Part shown: positions 41,854 through 54,431 of the stretch, one piece after another
How positions within the stretch are numbered: position 1 is the stretch's first letter
How the letters are laid out: each line of letters starts with the position of its first letter
Source: Octopus vulgaris
Taxonomy: Eukaryota
Length of the DNA stretch: 64,000 bases
NCBI GenBank assembly: GCA_951406725.2
Contig: OX597842.1
Span: 13,888,001-13,952,000 of the forward strand
Direction: 5' to 3'
The notes under the pieces: model-generated
Seen by the model: the letters and a program-made list of their open reading frames with translations, nothing else
What the model was told of the DNA's origin: nothing
Database searches by the model: none
Position numbers and translations under genes: made by a program

Positions 41854-43634
41854 CAATTGCAGTCTTCATTGAGTGTGTGTTGTTAGTTGTGACAAGACGG
41901 TGAATTTTTTCTGTGTGTAAATTGATTTGGTATCGCGCGAGGCGTTTGCCTCCACGTGTGGAGACCTTCCGAAGAAGGTGAATTGACCCTCTAGTCATGG
42001 CGACTTACGCGGGGGGTCACCGGAAAAAAAGCGATTCGTCGCTAATAGTAAGGGAGGTGTTCTTTGAGAAGGAGAAACTCAAAGAATATGAAAAGCTTTT
42101 CAAAAGGGAGCGTGATAGCGTGAAGCTAACCCCCCCCCCCGCGAAAGCAAAAGAGGATAAAGAAAGCAAGACGGTGACATATAGAACCCAAGACAGGAGT
42201 ACGAAGAAACTGGCAAGAGTGGAGATAGACGAAATTGAGAAATGTCTGGGAGACATAATGGGAAAAATAACTTATGTGAGTAGAGGCAAGAAATTTGGTA
42301 CGGTGGAGGTTAGATGTGCAACGGAGGAAGTTGCGGCATCACTGGCTACCACCGTACTAAGAGCCGAAAAATTCACAATGTGGTCCTCATACGAGGGAAA
42401 AAGAGGGGTTCGGGTTAAAATCCCGAATATACCCCCATAAGTGAAAACAGAATGGCTGGCAACAGCTATTCTAGGAGCAGCAGAAGAGGAAGTGGAGGCG
42501 GAATCAATTAAGGAGTCCAACGTGGTAAACTGGAGAGGATATGGGGTAGAATTGTGGCTGATGGCCACAACAGAGGATATTGAAAGGTTTCCCTACAGAA
42601 TTGAAATTGAAGAGGAATAAACCCTCAGCGTAATTGTAGAGGGAGAAAACCAAACTGTTACTTGTGTGGGACAAGGGGGCACATTAAAAGAGAGTGCCCG
42701 TTATATGAATTCGTAGCGGAGTGCGAGCAGGAACTTGAAGAAAAGAAGAATACTGTAAATAAGAAAGAAAGCATAGAAAAGGAAAGAAAACAACAAGAGA
42801 AAGGAAATAATAAGTCAATGAAGGAAAAAGAAATAAAAGAAAAGGAAGAAATAGAACCAAAACAGAGTCAAGGAAAAAAAAGGATAAAGAAACAATAGGA
42901 ATAAAACAAGAGAGGTATCAGAATCAAACGAAAAGAAAGGACGGCACACAAAAGGAAAAAGAAAATACAGGAAAGGAACATAAAGCACGAGAGAAAACAG
43001 ACAAAGAGCCAAAAAGACAAGAGAAGGAAGGAGAAAGAAAAGAAGGCAAAAAGAGAGAAAGAGAGAAACAAAGAGAGGAGAACAAGGAAGAAATAAGCCC
43101 GAAAAGGAAGATGAAGGAACACGCAGGACGAAACAAGATTACTATTACTACAAGTTAGTAACCTACCATTTCTGCCCTGTAATGAATGACTTGACAAGTA
43201 AAACGGAGGGACATGTATGGGTCAACAGGATGACCGACCGGACGGGGGAGACTGCTCTTATCCCCGAAGAAAGAGCCGCTGAGTTCTTCAGAGCTGCCGG
43301 GGAAAATGTAATATTTTTCACGAAGGCTCGAGTGAGAGAGCGGCTACCTGAGGATTCAGTGATGGACTTCAGAGAAGTAGAAACAATCATAGAATATGTG
43401 TAACATTGTGAGAGGAAAAGAAAAAATAAATTGGTGAAATATATGTGATAAAACTGACGAAAATGTAACCTCTTGATTCCGGGGATCGAGTGGACATTTT
43501 CATCTCATTGTAAATATTCTTTCATATGTCATTATTACTTTTATTTTTTCCTTTTCTTGTCATTCGCTTTCTTATTTTAAGTTCCCCGATTGTGTTGTCC
43601 ATCTCTGTGTTAGCCTTTATGGTAAATAAAAAAA
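41854..43634 (+). mobile_element. Element C: apparently complete ORF1-only (half-L1/Tx1-like) retroelement, paralog of A
   Basis: 5' UTR, ORF1 41997-43403 with stops/frameshift (RGKKFGTVEVRC, CYLCGTRGHIKREC), 3' UTR with shared hairpin, tail and AATAAA; no ORF2. Confidence 0.82.
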
Positions 43635-46600
43635 TCATTGCAGTCTTAATTGTGCAGGTCTGTTTTGTCGATTATTACCGGTTTGTGAATTTAACTTCTG
43701 TTACTTTGTTTTATATATTGTGTATTTTGTGTAAAACTGTTATTAGCCTTCGCGCGAAGGCTACGTATTAAAATCCCCCCCCTCGCGGGAATTATTACTG
43801 TGAAACAATTATTGTGGAACAATTTTAAAATACACACAATAGGCTTGCGAAGCCATTTTTTTTTGAAGGCTTGTTAAAGCCAATTGAAAGGCTTGTTAAG
43901 CCACATCCGGAGATGGATACTCCTATCTCCTATTCACCTGTATCAGATGAAGAAAGTTCACCGGCGGTTTCGCCAAAAACTGCAGAAGTCCCAGCGAAGA
44001 AGTTCGCAGAAGCTGCAGGCAAAAAACAGAAAAAAATTAACACTGAAAAAAGCAACCTAGAAAAATATGCAGCATCTTCGAAAATGGAGGGTAATGAAGT
44101 GACAGTAATACAAGACGTCAGAAAGACAGATGAAGTAGATAAAAGAAGGACAATTTACAAAACGTATAATAAGACGATGAAAACCATTCAAAGAGTGGAA
44201 GAAAAAAATCGAGAATTGTTTAAAGACAATATGGAAAGACATCACATGCATAAACCGTGGCAGAAAATTCGGAACGGTTGAGGTGAGGTTCAGGACAGAG
44301 GAGATAGCCAAGAAGCTATCAACCGAACCTCTAAAAGCGGAGAATATAGTCCTCCTCCCCCTGTACAGAGGCAGAAGGACCTCGAAGATCAAAATAAACA
44401 ACATTCCCCCAGAGACAGACGCCACATGCCTGCTGGCGGCAGTGATATTAGGCCTGGAGGACAAGATCACTATCCTCCAGGCTACAGTAGAGGAGGAGGA
44501 GTATTTGCAAGGCCAATGCATCTCAATGGCGATGCAGGCGGAGGTTCAGGCGTTGGAAGAAATTCCAGAGACATTGAGGATCAGCGAGGAGGAGAGGGTG
44601 ATAGTGTTTGTGGAGGGCAGAAAGCCGATGTGTTTCGGCTGCGGTAAAAAGGGTCACGTGAGAGCGGAATGCCAACCTACGTCGTAGGAAGCAGCACCGC
44701 CAGAAAAAGAAAAACCAGAAGCGAAAACACCAGAAACTACAGAATCAAAAGAAACCAAAGAAGCAACAGAAACAACAAGCGGCGAAGAAAAGGAAAAAGA
44801 GGAGGGGTGGTCAAAAATCACCATGAAAAAACGGAAAACAAAAACCACCCCTCAGAAAGAGAGCTAAAAAAAGAGAAAAGAAACTACGAATACATTTATA
44901 GCCATTAAGGCAGCCAACAACAGGCTAATTAACGTTTTGGCAGCTATGGAAAAGGTGGAAATAATTAAAAAAACGAAAGACTTTATTGTTTATAGAATAG
45001 GCCGGAAGGATTACGGACGGATAAAGTCCGAATTCTACCATGATGTGGGCCCTCTGAGATTGGACATATCTCCATATATATACGAGGGCCTGCGTCGGAC
45101 TCCCCCACGAACCCAGGAAAAAGAAAAAAAAAGTGAATAAAATGAACAAGGCGTACAACTGATATAAGGTAAGTCATGGATTACATTTATGTTGGTTGTT
45201 TAAATGTGCGCGGCCTGGGATCAAGCGGGAAGCAGGGTCGTTTCCTTAATGATAACAGGTCGCGTAATTTGGATGTCATTGTTGCTACAGAAACCCGGTT
45301 AGAGGGGACAAGAGGTCTGCTCCCGCTGTTCGACGGCTACGAGAGTTTTCTCTCTCCGGCCAGTCCTACCGGCGGGGGTGGGGTGTTAGTCCTATTAAAA
45401 AGAAACCGGGTTTTTGAGAAAAAGTTAATTTTTTCAGACCCAGAAGGTAGGCTGGTCGTCATGGATTCGACGTTCAGTAACGGTAAAGTTATCAGACTGG
45501 TTGCAATTTACGCACCCAACCAAAAGGGGAAAAGTGATTATTTTCGAGAGCTGGAGAACTTTCTTGGTACTTCACATTCATTAGTTGTGCTAGGAGACTT
45601 TAACACAATTTGCAAAGCGGATGTAGATTGCGTTGGCTTGCGTCCAGATAGAAAAGGTAACATTGGCTTCCTGGAACTGCTAAGACGCTTTGAGCTAGCA
45701 GATCCTTATAGGCTGGAATTTCCGAATGCTCCATTGTGGACATGGTCAAGCAGCGACGGATCTTCCAGGTCATACATAGATAGAATACTAATTAGAAAAG
45801 TAGACAGAGAAATAGCTAAATGTCCACAGTTTTACCCGGTCAGCTACAGTGATCATAAAATGGTCACCTGTAAGCTTTACATAGATAAGGCTAATAATAG
45901 AGGCTCCGGTTATTGGTAACTGAATACGTCCCTTTTGGCGATTAAGGAGTACAGAGACCGGATTAGGACTATAATTCAGAGGGCGCTATCTGGTGCCATC
46001 ATTAATAACAAATGGTAGTATGCCCTCAAGCAAGCCATCAAATTCGAGACTATAAGATATAGCATAGGATTAGTGGCTAGAGAGGCTAGGAGGGAATCAA
46101 CTTTAGTTAAGAAATTAGAGGGAGCCATGAGAACTGGCTCTGTGGATCAGGTGAAGGCCAAGAGACTGGCGTTAAACCAGCACCCCGAGGCCAAACATAT
46201 GGGCTGCATTGTCAGGGCTAGGATCCGCGCAATAGGTTGTGAGGGAATCAACGCCGTGAGATGGGCCCGAGTGGTGGAAGCTCAGCGTGGTAATGACGTC
46301 ACAATTCGATCTTTGACGAACCAACAAGGTAAGTTGATAAACGAACCCGAGGAGATGTGTGAGGCCTTTCAGGAGCACTTCGCTCAGATTTTCTGTGGGG
46401 GCGGCGGACTGGATAGAAGGAGAGTCTTTACGGACCTCCTCGACGGGCTGCCGCGCCTATCGGTGCGAGAGGCGGAGGGCTGTGAAGGGCCAATCACGCC
46501 TGAGGAATAGGCGGAGGCGATGGCGGACTGCGGCGCGGGCAAGGTACCAGGTTTGGATGGTCTACCCTATGAGTTATATAAGAGTATGCCAGACTTGTTC

Positions 46601-48942
46601 GGGCACCTACTGACGGAGATCTACGCGAACTGGCAGCAGAACGGGTTCATTCCCAGATCTGTGCACCGGGGAGTTGTGATTCTTGTCAGAAAGGACCCGA
46701 GCAAAGGGGAGTGCATTGATAATTTCAGGCCCATCACTCTGCTAAACACAGAGTTGAAGATTTTGGCCAAAGCGTTATCGAAAAGATTGGCGAGTGTCGC
46801 GAATAGTCTAATCGGGGAGGCACAGACATGTGCCGTTCCCGGCAGATCCATTCAGGATAATCTCCATCTTATGCGGTACACTATAGAGAGGTTTAATAGT
46901 GATTCTGGCAAGGGTGGGGCACTTGTCCATTTAGACCAATCTAAAGCATTCGATAGGGTCGACCATCGCTACCTGGTGTCTGCCCTGGCACAGTTTGGGC
47001 TGGGCCTTGGCTTCCTCAGGTGGATTATCCAAATTTACGATAACATCGACTCGGTAGTTCGGGTGAACGGCTTCTTTTCGAGGCCGTTCAACATCAAGCG
47101 CTCGGTTCGTCAAGGGTTTCCGCTCTCCCCGCTTTTGTACGTGGTGGCTCTTGAGCCATTACTGCGAAAACTGAGCGGCATCCCGAGACAACCAGGTTGT
47201 GGAAAATCGGTGTCAGCTTACGCGGATGACATCACCATCATCGTAACCGAAATGGATCACCTACAGAGGGTAGGCAAGGCCATAGAGGTTTACGAGACGG
47301 TGACAGCAGCAAAGGTTAATCGTGAAAAGTCAGTTGGCTTGCAGCTCGGCACCTGGAGAGGCAAGCTCGGCACCTGGAGAGGCAAGCTCGGCACCTGGAG
47401 AGGCAAGCTCGGCACCTGGAGAGGCAAGCTCGGCACCTGGAGAGGCAAGCTCGGCACCTGGAGAGGCAAGCTCGGCACCTGGAGAGGCAAGCTCGGCACC
47501 TGGAGAGGCAAGTCGATGCCTCCTGACAGCGTCGTGGGACGATTAAGTTGCTAGGGGTTTGGTTTGGACCAGACCTCCAAATAGAGAAGAACTGGGGCGA
47601 GGTATCGAGCAGGGTGGCTGCGGCAGCCAAGACGCGGTCTTAGCGGTGGCTATCCCTGAAAGGAAGGGTGGAGGTAGCCAATGTGTTTATCGCATCGGTT
47701 ATCACCTACCGCCTATCCGTCGTTCCTTGCCCTGATTCGTGGTTGATCAAGTTGGAAAGACAGCTCTTCTACTTCTTGTGGAAGGGCGGGAAACCAATTG
47801 TGAAACGCTCTACTTGCTGTCAACAACCGTTAAAAGGTGGACTAGTGATGCCTTGGCTGATTATGCGCAGAAATGCGCTGAGGATAAGACATCTGTGGCT
47901 CTACCTGGATGGTGAACGGGTGTGGTCTCCGCTAGCAAAACTGATGTTTCCCAAGTTCACTAGTTTCGGTGGATGGGAAACCTGGCTGAATCGTAGATCG
48001 AAACTGGGCACATGGTACACGGAGTGTCGCAAGGCTCTCCTGCTATTCCGTCGCTCGGGCAACGCCTGCGGTGGGGGTTCCACCATATTCTTCTATAGAG
48101 GGTTGGTAGAGGCGGAATGTGAAGATACCTTAGGGGAAGAACTAGGTCTCGACGATAACCAGCTGGCCAGTCTGTTCCAATGTACATTCGGGCCGACGAC
48201 CCTGGACAACTTCCAGAAGTCTCTGGCATGGCAGTATTACAGAGGAGCTCTACCTGTTCGGGATAAACACGCAAGGCACGGTGGTCAAGACAGTCCGATA
48301 TGTCCAAGATGCGGGCGGGATAGGGAAACCGTCCCGCACGCTATTGTTCATTGTTCGGTCGTGTTAGAGGTGTGGGTTCATTGTTCGGTCGTGTCAGAGG
48401 TGTTGGTGTACGAAGAGTACAGCTGTCGACTGAGTCTATTATAAAAATTGACCCACCAGATTTCCTCGCGAAAGAAGGTAAGAATTGTTTACTCGTTGTA
48501 GTAGCAATTGCGAGAGACGTGATTTGGAAGACTAGGATGAAAGGTTTACGGTCAGGCAAGTTCATCTCCGGCCCTGGATTGATGAATTATTTCATCTTTC
48601 ACCTAAAAAGGAATATAGAGTTGGAGAGAAAATGCCTGACTAAGAAAGTGTATGAAGAACGATGGAAGGATGTAGCACGAAAGTTGCGAATGGATGACAC
48701 CACATAAATGTAAAACAAGACGAAACCAAAGTATCAGTGGTGAGGCGGGGCTCGTGGGGTCCGAGCTAAACCCGCCCCCACTCCATCCGTAATGTCTTCC
48801 GGTCTGTTCTTCATTCGATTTTATATTTTTGCATTTTTGTGAATTTTTAATCTCATCTTTTTTGTAACTCCATCCGAGAATCTGATCCCACACCAGGTTG
48901 TATTGTCCCCTCTATGTTCGCCCCTTGTGGGTAATAATAAAA
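43635..48942 (+). mobile_element. Element D: full-length decayed L1/Tx1-clade retrotransposon (ORF1 ~43913-45140; ORF2 45176-48707)
   Basis: ORF1 CFGCGKKGHVRAEC; ORF2 CLNVRGL, LGDFN, SDHK, RQGFPLSPLLY, AYADD, CPRC; a few in-frame stops. Confidence 0.93.
47343..47512 (+). repeat. Perfect 21-bp tandem repeat x8 (agctcggcacctggagaggca; LGTWRGK) inside element D ORF2
   Basis: Single copy at the homologous site of element B (~40038-40060). Confidence 0.95.
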
Positions 48943-49304
48943 CAATTCCAGTCTGTTATATATTTTGAGTATTGTTATCACTAGAGATATCAAGATATAA
49001 CTTTGTATTTTGTATTTTATGTGTAGATGTATATATATATATAGATGTACATGTAATATGTACACACATATATACACATATATACATGCACTAGCACTAT
49101 AATTCTAGTCTATATATAAAACTGAGAATATGTGTGTCTGTCTGTTAGTCTGTCAGTCAGTCTGTCTGTCTCTCTTTTAATAGTTTCATTTCATCATTTC
49201 ACTATGTATATATATATATCTATATATATATATATACTTATTTGTATATATATTAATACATTCGCTTGTAATATTTTTACTCCTATTAGTTTCACTATGT
49301 ATAT

Positions 49305-49550
49305 ATTGGGTTGCCCGGAAAGTTCGTGCCGATTTATAGTAGCTTACCTTTCGACTCGTTCATGAGCACCTGGTAAAGCTTGGGTGCACAAATCGTTCCA
49401 ACATGATAATGCAAGACCGCACGTTTCTTTGGGAACGAGACGGAAATTGCTGCAGCTCGGCAGGGATGTGTTACCCCACCCTCCATATTCACCAGATGTT
49501 CCTCCCTCGGATCTCTACTTCTTCAGGTCTCTGCAGAATAGGTTTTTCCG
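49305..49550 (+). mobile_element. Mariner fragment
   Basis: TA|ttgggttgcccggaaagttc TIR-like start; FQHDNARPH...HPPYSPDVPPSDLYFFRSLQN. Confidence 0.85.
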
Positions 49551-49561
49551 CCTAACCTATT

Positions 49562-49620
<59 letters not shown>

Positions 49621-49954
49621 ATGTTGATTATTTTCAACCATCACCATCACCAGTACCACCACCATCACCACCACAACTGCCATACAGACACCATCATCAA
49701 TGCCTTTGACTTGGCCGCCTTCCGCTCCACCACTGTCTTTCACATCGCTAACGATCAACACTGCTCCAGCTAGCAATACAAACACCATTAACACCATCGC
49801 CTCTGCCTCTATCACAACTACGGCTTATACTATTACTATCACCTCAACAGGAGCAGCATTCGGAATGTTAATGAGTAGTGGGATGGGGATTCGAAATGTG
49901 ACTCACTGACACACGATTTTCGCATTTATTATATTAGATGTATATATATATATA

Positions 49955-50005
<51 letters not shown>

Positions 50006-50339
50006 ATAACAATATAATAAATAAATAAAATATATGCATATATACGTACATATATGTACATACTTATATCTACATGTATATATACAAGCATATATATATA
50101 TTTATGAGTACAGGATAACACAACGTGAAACGAAAACAAAATCAAACAAAAAAAACGGACTTTTTTTAACAACGAAAAAACAGAGTACAGGACAAACAAT
50201 GCAAGGAAAATTCCCCTTCATCAGCTGTCCCTGGTTCGGCTCAATGCGTGTTTCGAAGGTAAGGACAGAACACGGCCAGGCCGAAGCAGTCCTTCCTGCA
50301 AGAAAGTCGTCGCACTTTCACTTCTCTAATCCTCTATAG

Positions 50340-52800
50340 AAAGTTAAAGTGCACGTTCCACCTATTGCAGTGCCCGACTAGCTGAGAGCTGTGAGCGCTT
50401 GAAGACATTCCACCTTCCAAATGTCTCCTCTCGGTCACTCTTTTACCGAGGACTGAAGCTCTGTTAAAGAAACTAGCTGCGGAAATGTGTGTCTGGCGAA
50501 CGGTGATAACATCTCTTCACCGTCAAGCACTTGAAATGTAGCCTCAGCGCATACCTGCGCATCATTCACCACGGCTTATCCAGGACACCACGCAGCGGGT
50601 GTTGACAGCAGATATACCACCTGAACTTCGGGACGCATCCTTTCCACAAGAAGCGGGAGAGTATGCGCTCCAGCATAATCAGATAATGGCCTGGACAAGA
50701 CACGGCGGTGAAGCGATAGTAGACGGCGGACACGATATACGCGTTAGCCACCTCTGCCCGACATTTCAGGAATAGCTTTCTCTCGGCCCGTTTCCGGGTG
50801 AGAGTAGGCACCCAGCTCGTTACCTCGTCCCAGTTTCTACCCATTTGCTGGTCCGGAGCAAACCACACCTCCAACAATTTAACCGATCCGTCCGGTGCCG
50901 AAAGACGCAGTTCGATGGCATGGACTTGTTTCTCTATGGTGCCGAACCGAAAGTCCACTGATTTTTCTGGTTAATTGTCACCTCTGAAACTGCCTCGTAG
51001 ACCTTGAAAGCGGTGCGGGCCATGTTTATGTTTCATGATCCGACACCACTACGGTGACGTCACCGGCATGTCCCGACATGAATCTCCCAATTCCTAGGTC
51101 ACGCTGAATGCTTATCAAAACTTCCACTTTATGTATTAGTTGATCGAGAGTCAGTACATGCAAGAGAGTCGAGAGGGGTAACCTACTCGGACCGAGCGCA
51201 TGATGTTGAACGGTTGTGATAGGTGACATTCCACTCTGACCACTGAACCGATATCGATGTGTCGCAGCGATCCAGCCAATGAATGCAGGCCCAAAACAAA
51301 CTGCTTTGAGGAACCGCCGCCACGTATAGATTGTCGATCCGATCAAATGCTTTAGAGTGATCTAAATTAATCAGAGCGCCATGCGTGTCAGTTTCTTTAA
51401 CCACTTTCTCACAGATGTATCGCATAAGGTGGAAGTTATGGATGGATTATCTCGGGAGTGTGCAAGTCTGGGCCACCCCTACCAGATACCCGACGACAAG
51501 CGCCAACGTAGTAGCTAACACTTTAGCCAAAATTTTGAACTCTGCATTCAGCAGAGATATAGGCTTTAATCTGTCAATACATTCCCCCTTGTTCGGTTCT
51601 TTTCTCAGCAAGGCCACCGCTGCTCGGCTCTCAAAACTGGGAATCCTCCAATTCTGTTATCAGTTGCAGTAAACTTTTGCTAAAAGGTCGCAGAACAAGT
51701 TTGGTATGTAAGCATAAAGCTCGTAGAGAAGACCATCCAAACCAGGGGTTTACTCCTCATGCTGCCAGCCATTGCCTCCTGTATTTCAAAGGCAGTTATC
51801 AGCCTTTCGCAGCTCTCCGCCTATGTCGCTGAGAGCCGCGGCAGCCCTTCGAGTTAAGATGTGAAATTCATCCTGAGGTCCGGCTCGCCGCTCCTCTCAA
51901 GCATTGAACGAAGCGCAGATGAAAGGTAGCTCACGTCCATTTCGTATCAATTATTATTTGCCGGTCATGGTTCAACAAGAATCATAACGTGGATTTATTG
52001 CAACGGTGTCCTTCTGCCACTCAGGCACATTATACGGCTTTCGGCCCTTTGTGTCTAAATGTTCGTGCCTTATCTCTGACAAAGCAACCTTCGTGTTTCA
52101 CGTTGAAGAATTGGTCGACTCCTAATCTCGCTTCGAGCATGTTGGTCACAAAGCCTCTACTTTATTTCTTTCTGCTGCTGGGGACTTGTTAAATCTTATC
52201 GGTTCTAATAACCCTTTTTTAGGGCGAATCACCATTTAATGTTGATTATTGTCCCCGTCAAGGCCCTCTTAATCAGTTCACTAATCCTATCTCTGAAATG
52301 TTTGTGCGCTGGCAACGAAATGTTCAGCTTCCAGCAACCGGGTTCCTGTCTATGAAGCGTGCCTAAGTCGACAGTACAGTTCACAAATGCGTGGCCTGTG
52401 TAGTCGACTACTTTAAATTGTGGACAACCTATGCTATCCTAATCTACTACTTTACAGAATACTCTATCTAGATACGATATAGATGACCCGATGTTGCTTG
52501 ACCAGGTCCATACTGGTACATCATGGAGATCCAGTCGATATCTGCCAGACAGTTGGAATCATCTGAACAGGTTTGCAAGGCTTTTGCATCCTTCTACGTA
52601 CCATATCTTAGGTCTAAAATTCCATTCAAATACCCCATTAATACTAAAGAGCGATCGTTCCCTGGAAAGTTTCCAAACGTCTGAAGAAATCAGGTCGTTC
52701 TGCCCCTGTCGGGCAGAGAGGGCAACTGGCCTGGAAGTATGCCCTTCACTGCCTGTCACGTCGAGAACCACCGACTTAATTTCCGGATCCAGGGAGATCG
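50340..52800 (-). mobile_element. Older decayed L1/Tx1-clade ORF2 (EN-RT), related to B and D, opposite orientation
   Basis: GALINLDHSKAFDRID, PISLLNAEFKILAKVLA, VKLLEVWFAPD, RAEVANAYI, FLWKG. Confidence 0.85.
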
Positions 52801-52849
52801 TCCGTATTCCACACCAAACACATAAAAATAAACATACCCTTTAACCTAG

Positions 52850-53650
52850 CGAAAAAAATCTGCACCTTAGTTTCCGATACATACATCGTGAACATAGACT
52901 TCTTGAAATTAGATCTACACTAACTAAAAGACATTACCCAATCACATTAGTAAATGAAGGCATCAAAAGAGCTAAGTTAATAGATATACAAATGTTAAGG
53001 AAAACTAGCCGAAATACTAAACGAGACTTAAAAATACTCCTGTACATTTCCCCACATAACCCTAGAAACGACGAAGCCTTCAAAATTATCACCCAAAATC
53101 TTCCCATCCTCACAGCAGACAAAACAATGAACGAAATTTTTAGCTCATATAAAATTATAAAAAGCAAAAAGCAACCGAAGTCACTAAAAAATTATTAACC
53201 AGCCCTAGACTGTATCCACTAGCAACAGAGCCAAACGTGACAAAATGTGGACGTTCTAACTGTGGAACATACCTCCACCTCCTGGAGGGTTCAGAATTCT
53301 AATTCAAACAAGGAGAAATATTTAAGATCAAATAAAATTTCACCTGCGCCTCAGTAAATGTAATCCATGACATGACATGCATAGGATGTGGTAAACTCTA
53401 TATTGGACAAAGAGGAATTTCGCTCCGTCAAAGAATCACCATTCACAAAGAGCAAATCCTTCACCCACAATACAGACAGTTAAAGGTGAGTGAACACATA
53501 GGAGGTGTTCCAGGAATCCTAATCCCAATTCCCAAATATTTCCCTTTTACCAATGTTCACAGAACATCACAATGTAACAAAGGTTGAATACAGAGGCATT
53601 TTTCATCAATAAATTTCTCCCCCAACTAAATATGAACACACAATTCAATA
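52850..53650 (+). mobile_element. Penelope-like element 3' fragment (GIY-YIG endonuclease)
   Basis: KKQPKSLK, KCGRSNCGT, FTCASVNVI, TCIGCGKLYIGQRGISLRQRITIHKEQI. Confidence 0.8.
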
Positions 53651-54098
53651 CAGAACACCACTAATTCTTAAATTGAAACCACTAACCCCTATACACCCCC
53701 TACACCACTCACATCTCTAAATCCAGAACTACTTACCTCCCTTACAAATAATACAGAACTACTTACCTCTCTTACAAATAATCTTTTTTCTCAGGAACTA
53801 TTAGACCTGACACCGTGTATTAGCCGGTGTTTTTCAAGCGATGAATAGCTTTGAGTAAACCATAGTTCGCTTTGTTCTCTTACTTTATTATCATTTTATA
53901 ATCATCTCATAATAATGACTTTTATGAATCTAATCACTACCTCAGTCAATCAAAATGTATATATTTGTCGTTACCTGTCATAAAAAAAACTTTTTTATTT
54001 GCAATGTGCATTTTCGTTGATTTTTCATATTTTACCTTTGCATTTCCACGTGTATTTTATATTTTCTTTTTGTAACATATTTCTACTATATATATATA

Positions 54099-54150
<52 letters not shown>

Positions 54151-54344
54151 GATGAGTGTATTTTTACCTTGTTAACAATTAACCCGGGATAAATGAATAG
54201 TTACCAGGGTAGCAAAAATCTCACAAGTAAAGCGGTTGTAACTCCTTGTTTATAAAGGTAGAAACTTCATTTTTACGTGCAATTGTTTGTATAATATATG
54301 AATAAATAAATGGAGTTTAACGCTGGTATAAATCAAATATTTTT

Positions 54345-54431
54345 ACTTTCGACACATGTTTCGAAAATTCCACTGATACCATTCAAAAAGGATAAACGGT
54401 ATAAACAATGCAATTTTTTCTTCAGGAAAGT
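54345..54431 (-). ncRNA. Second hammerhead copy; the first stem II pair is G>A mutated
   Basis: Reverse complement actttc ctgaaga aaaaatt...aattttc gaaa catgtgtc gaaagt. Confidence 0.6.

Noticed and set aside
47343-47512. CRISPR-like array
   Set aside because: Contiguous repeats with no spacers, in eukaryotic DNA and inside an RT ORF
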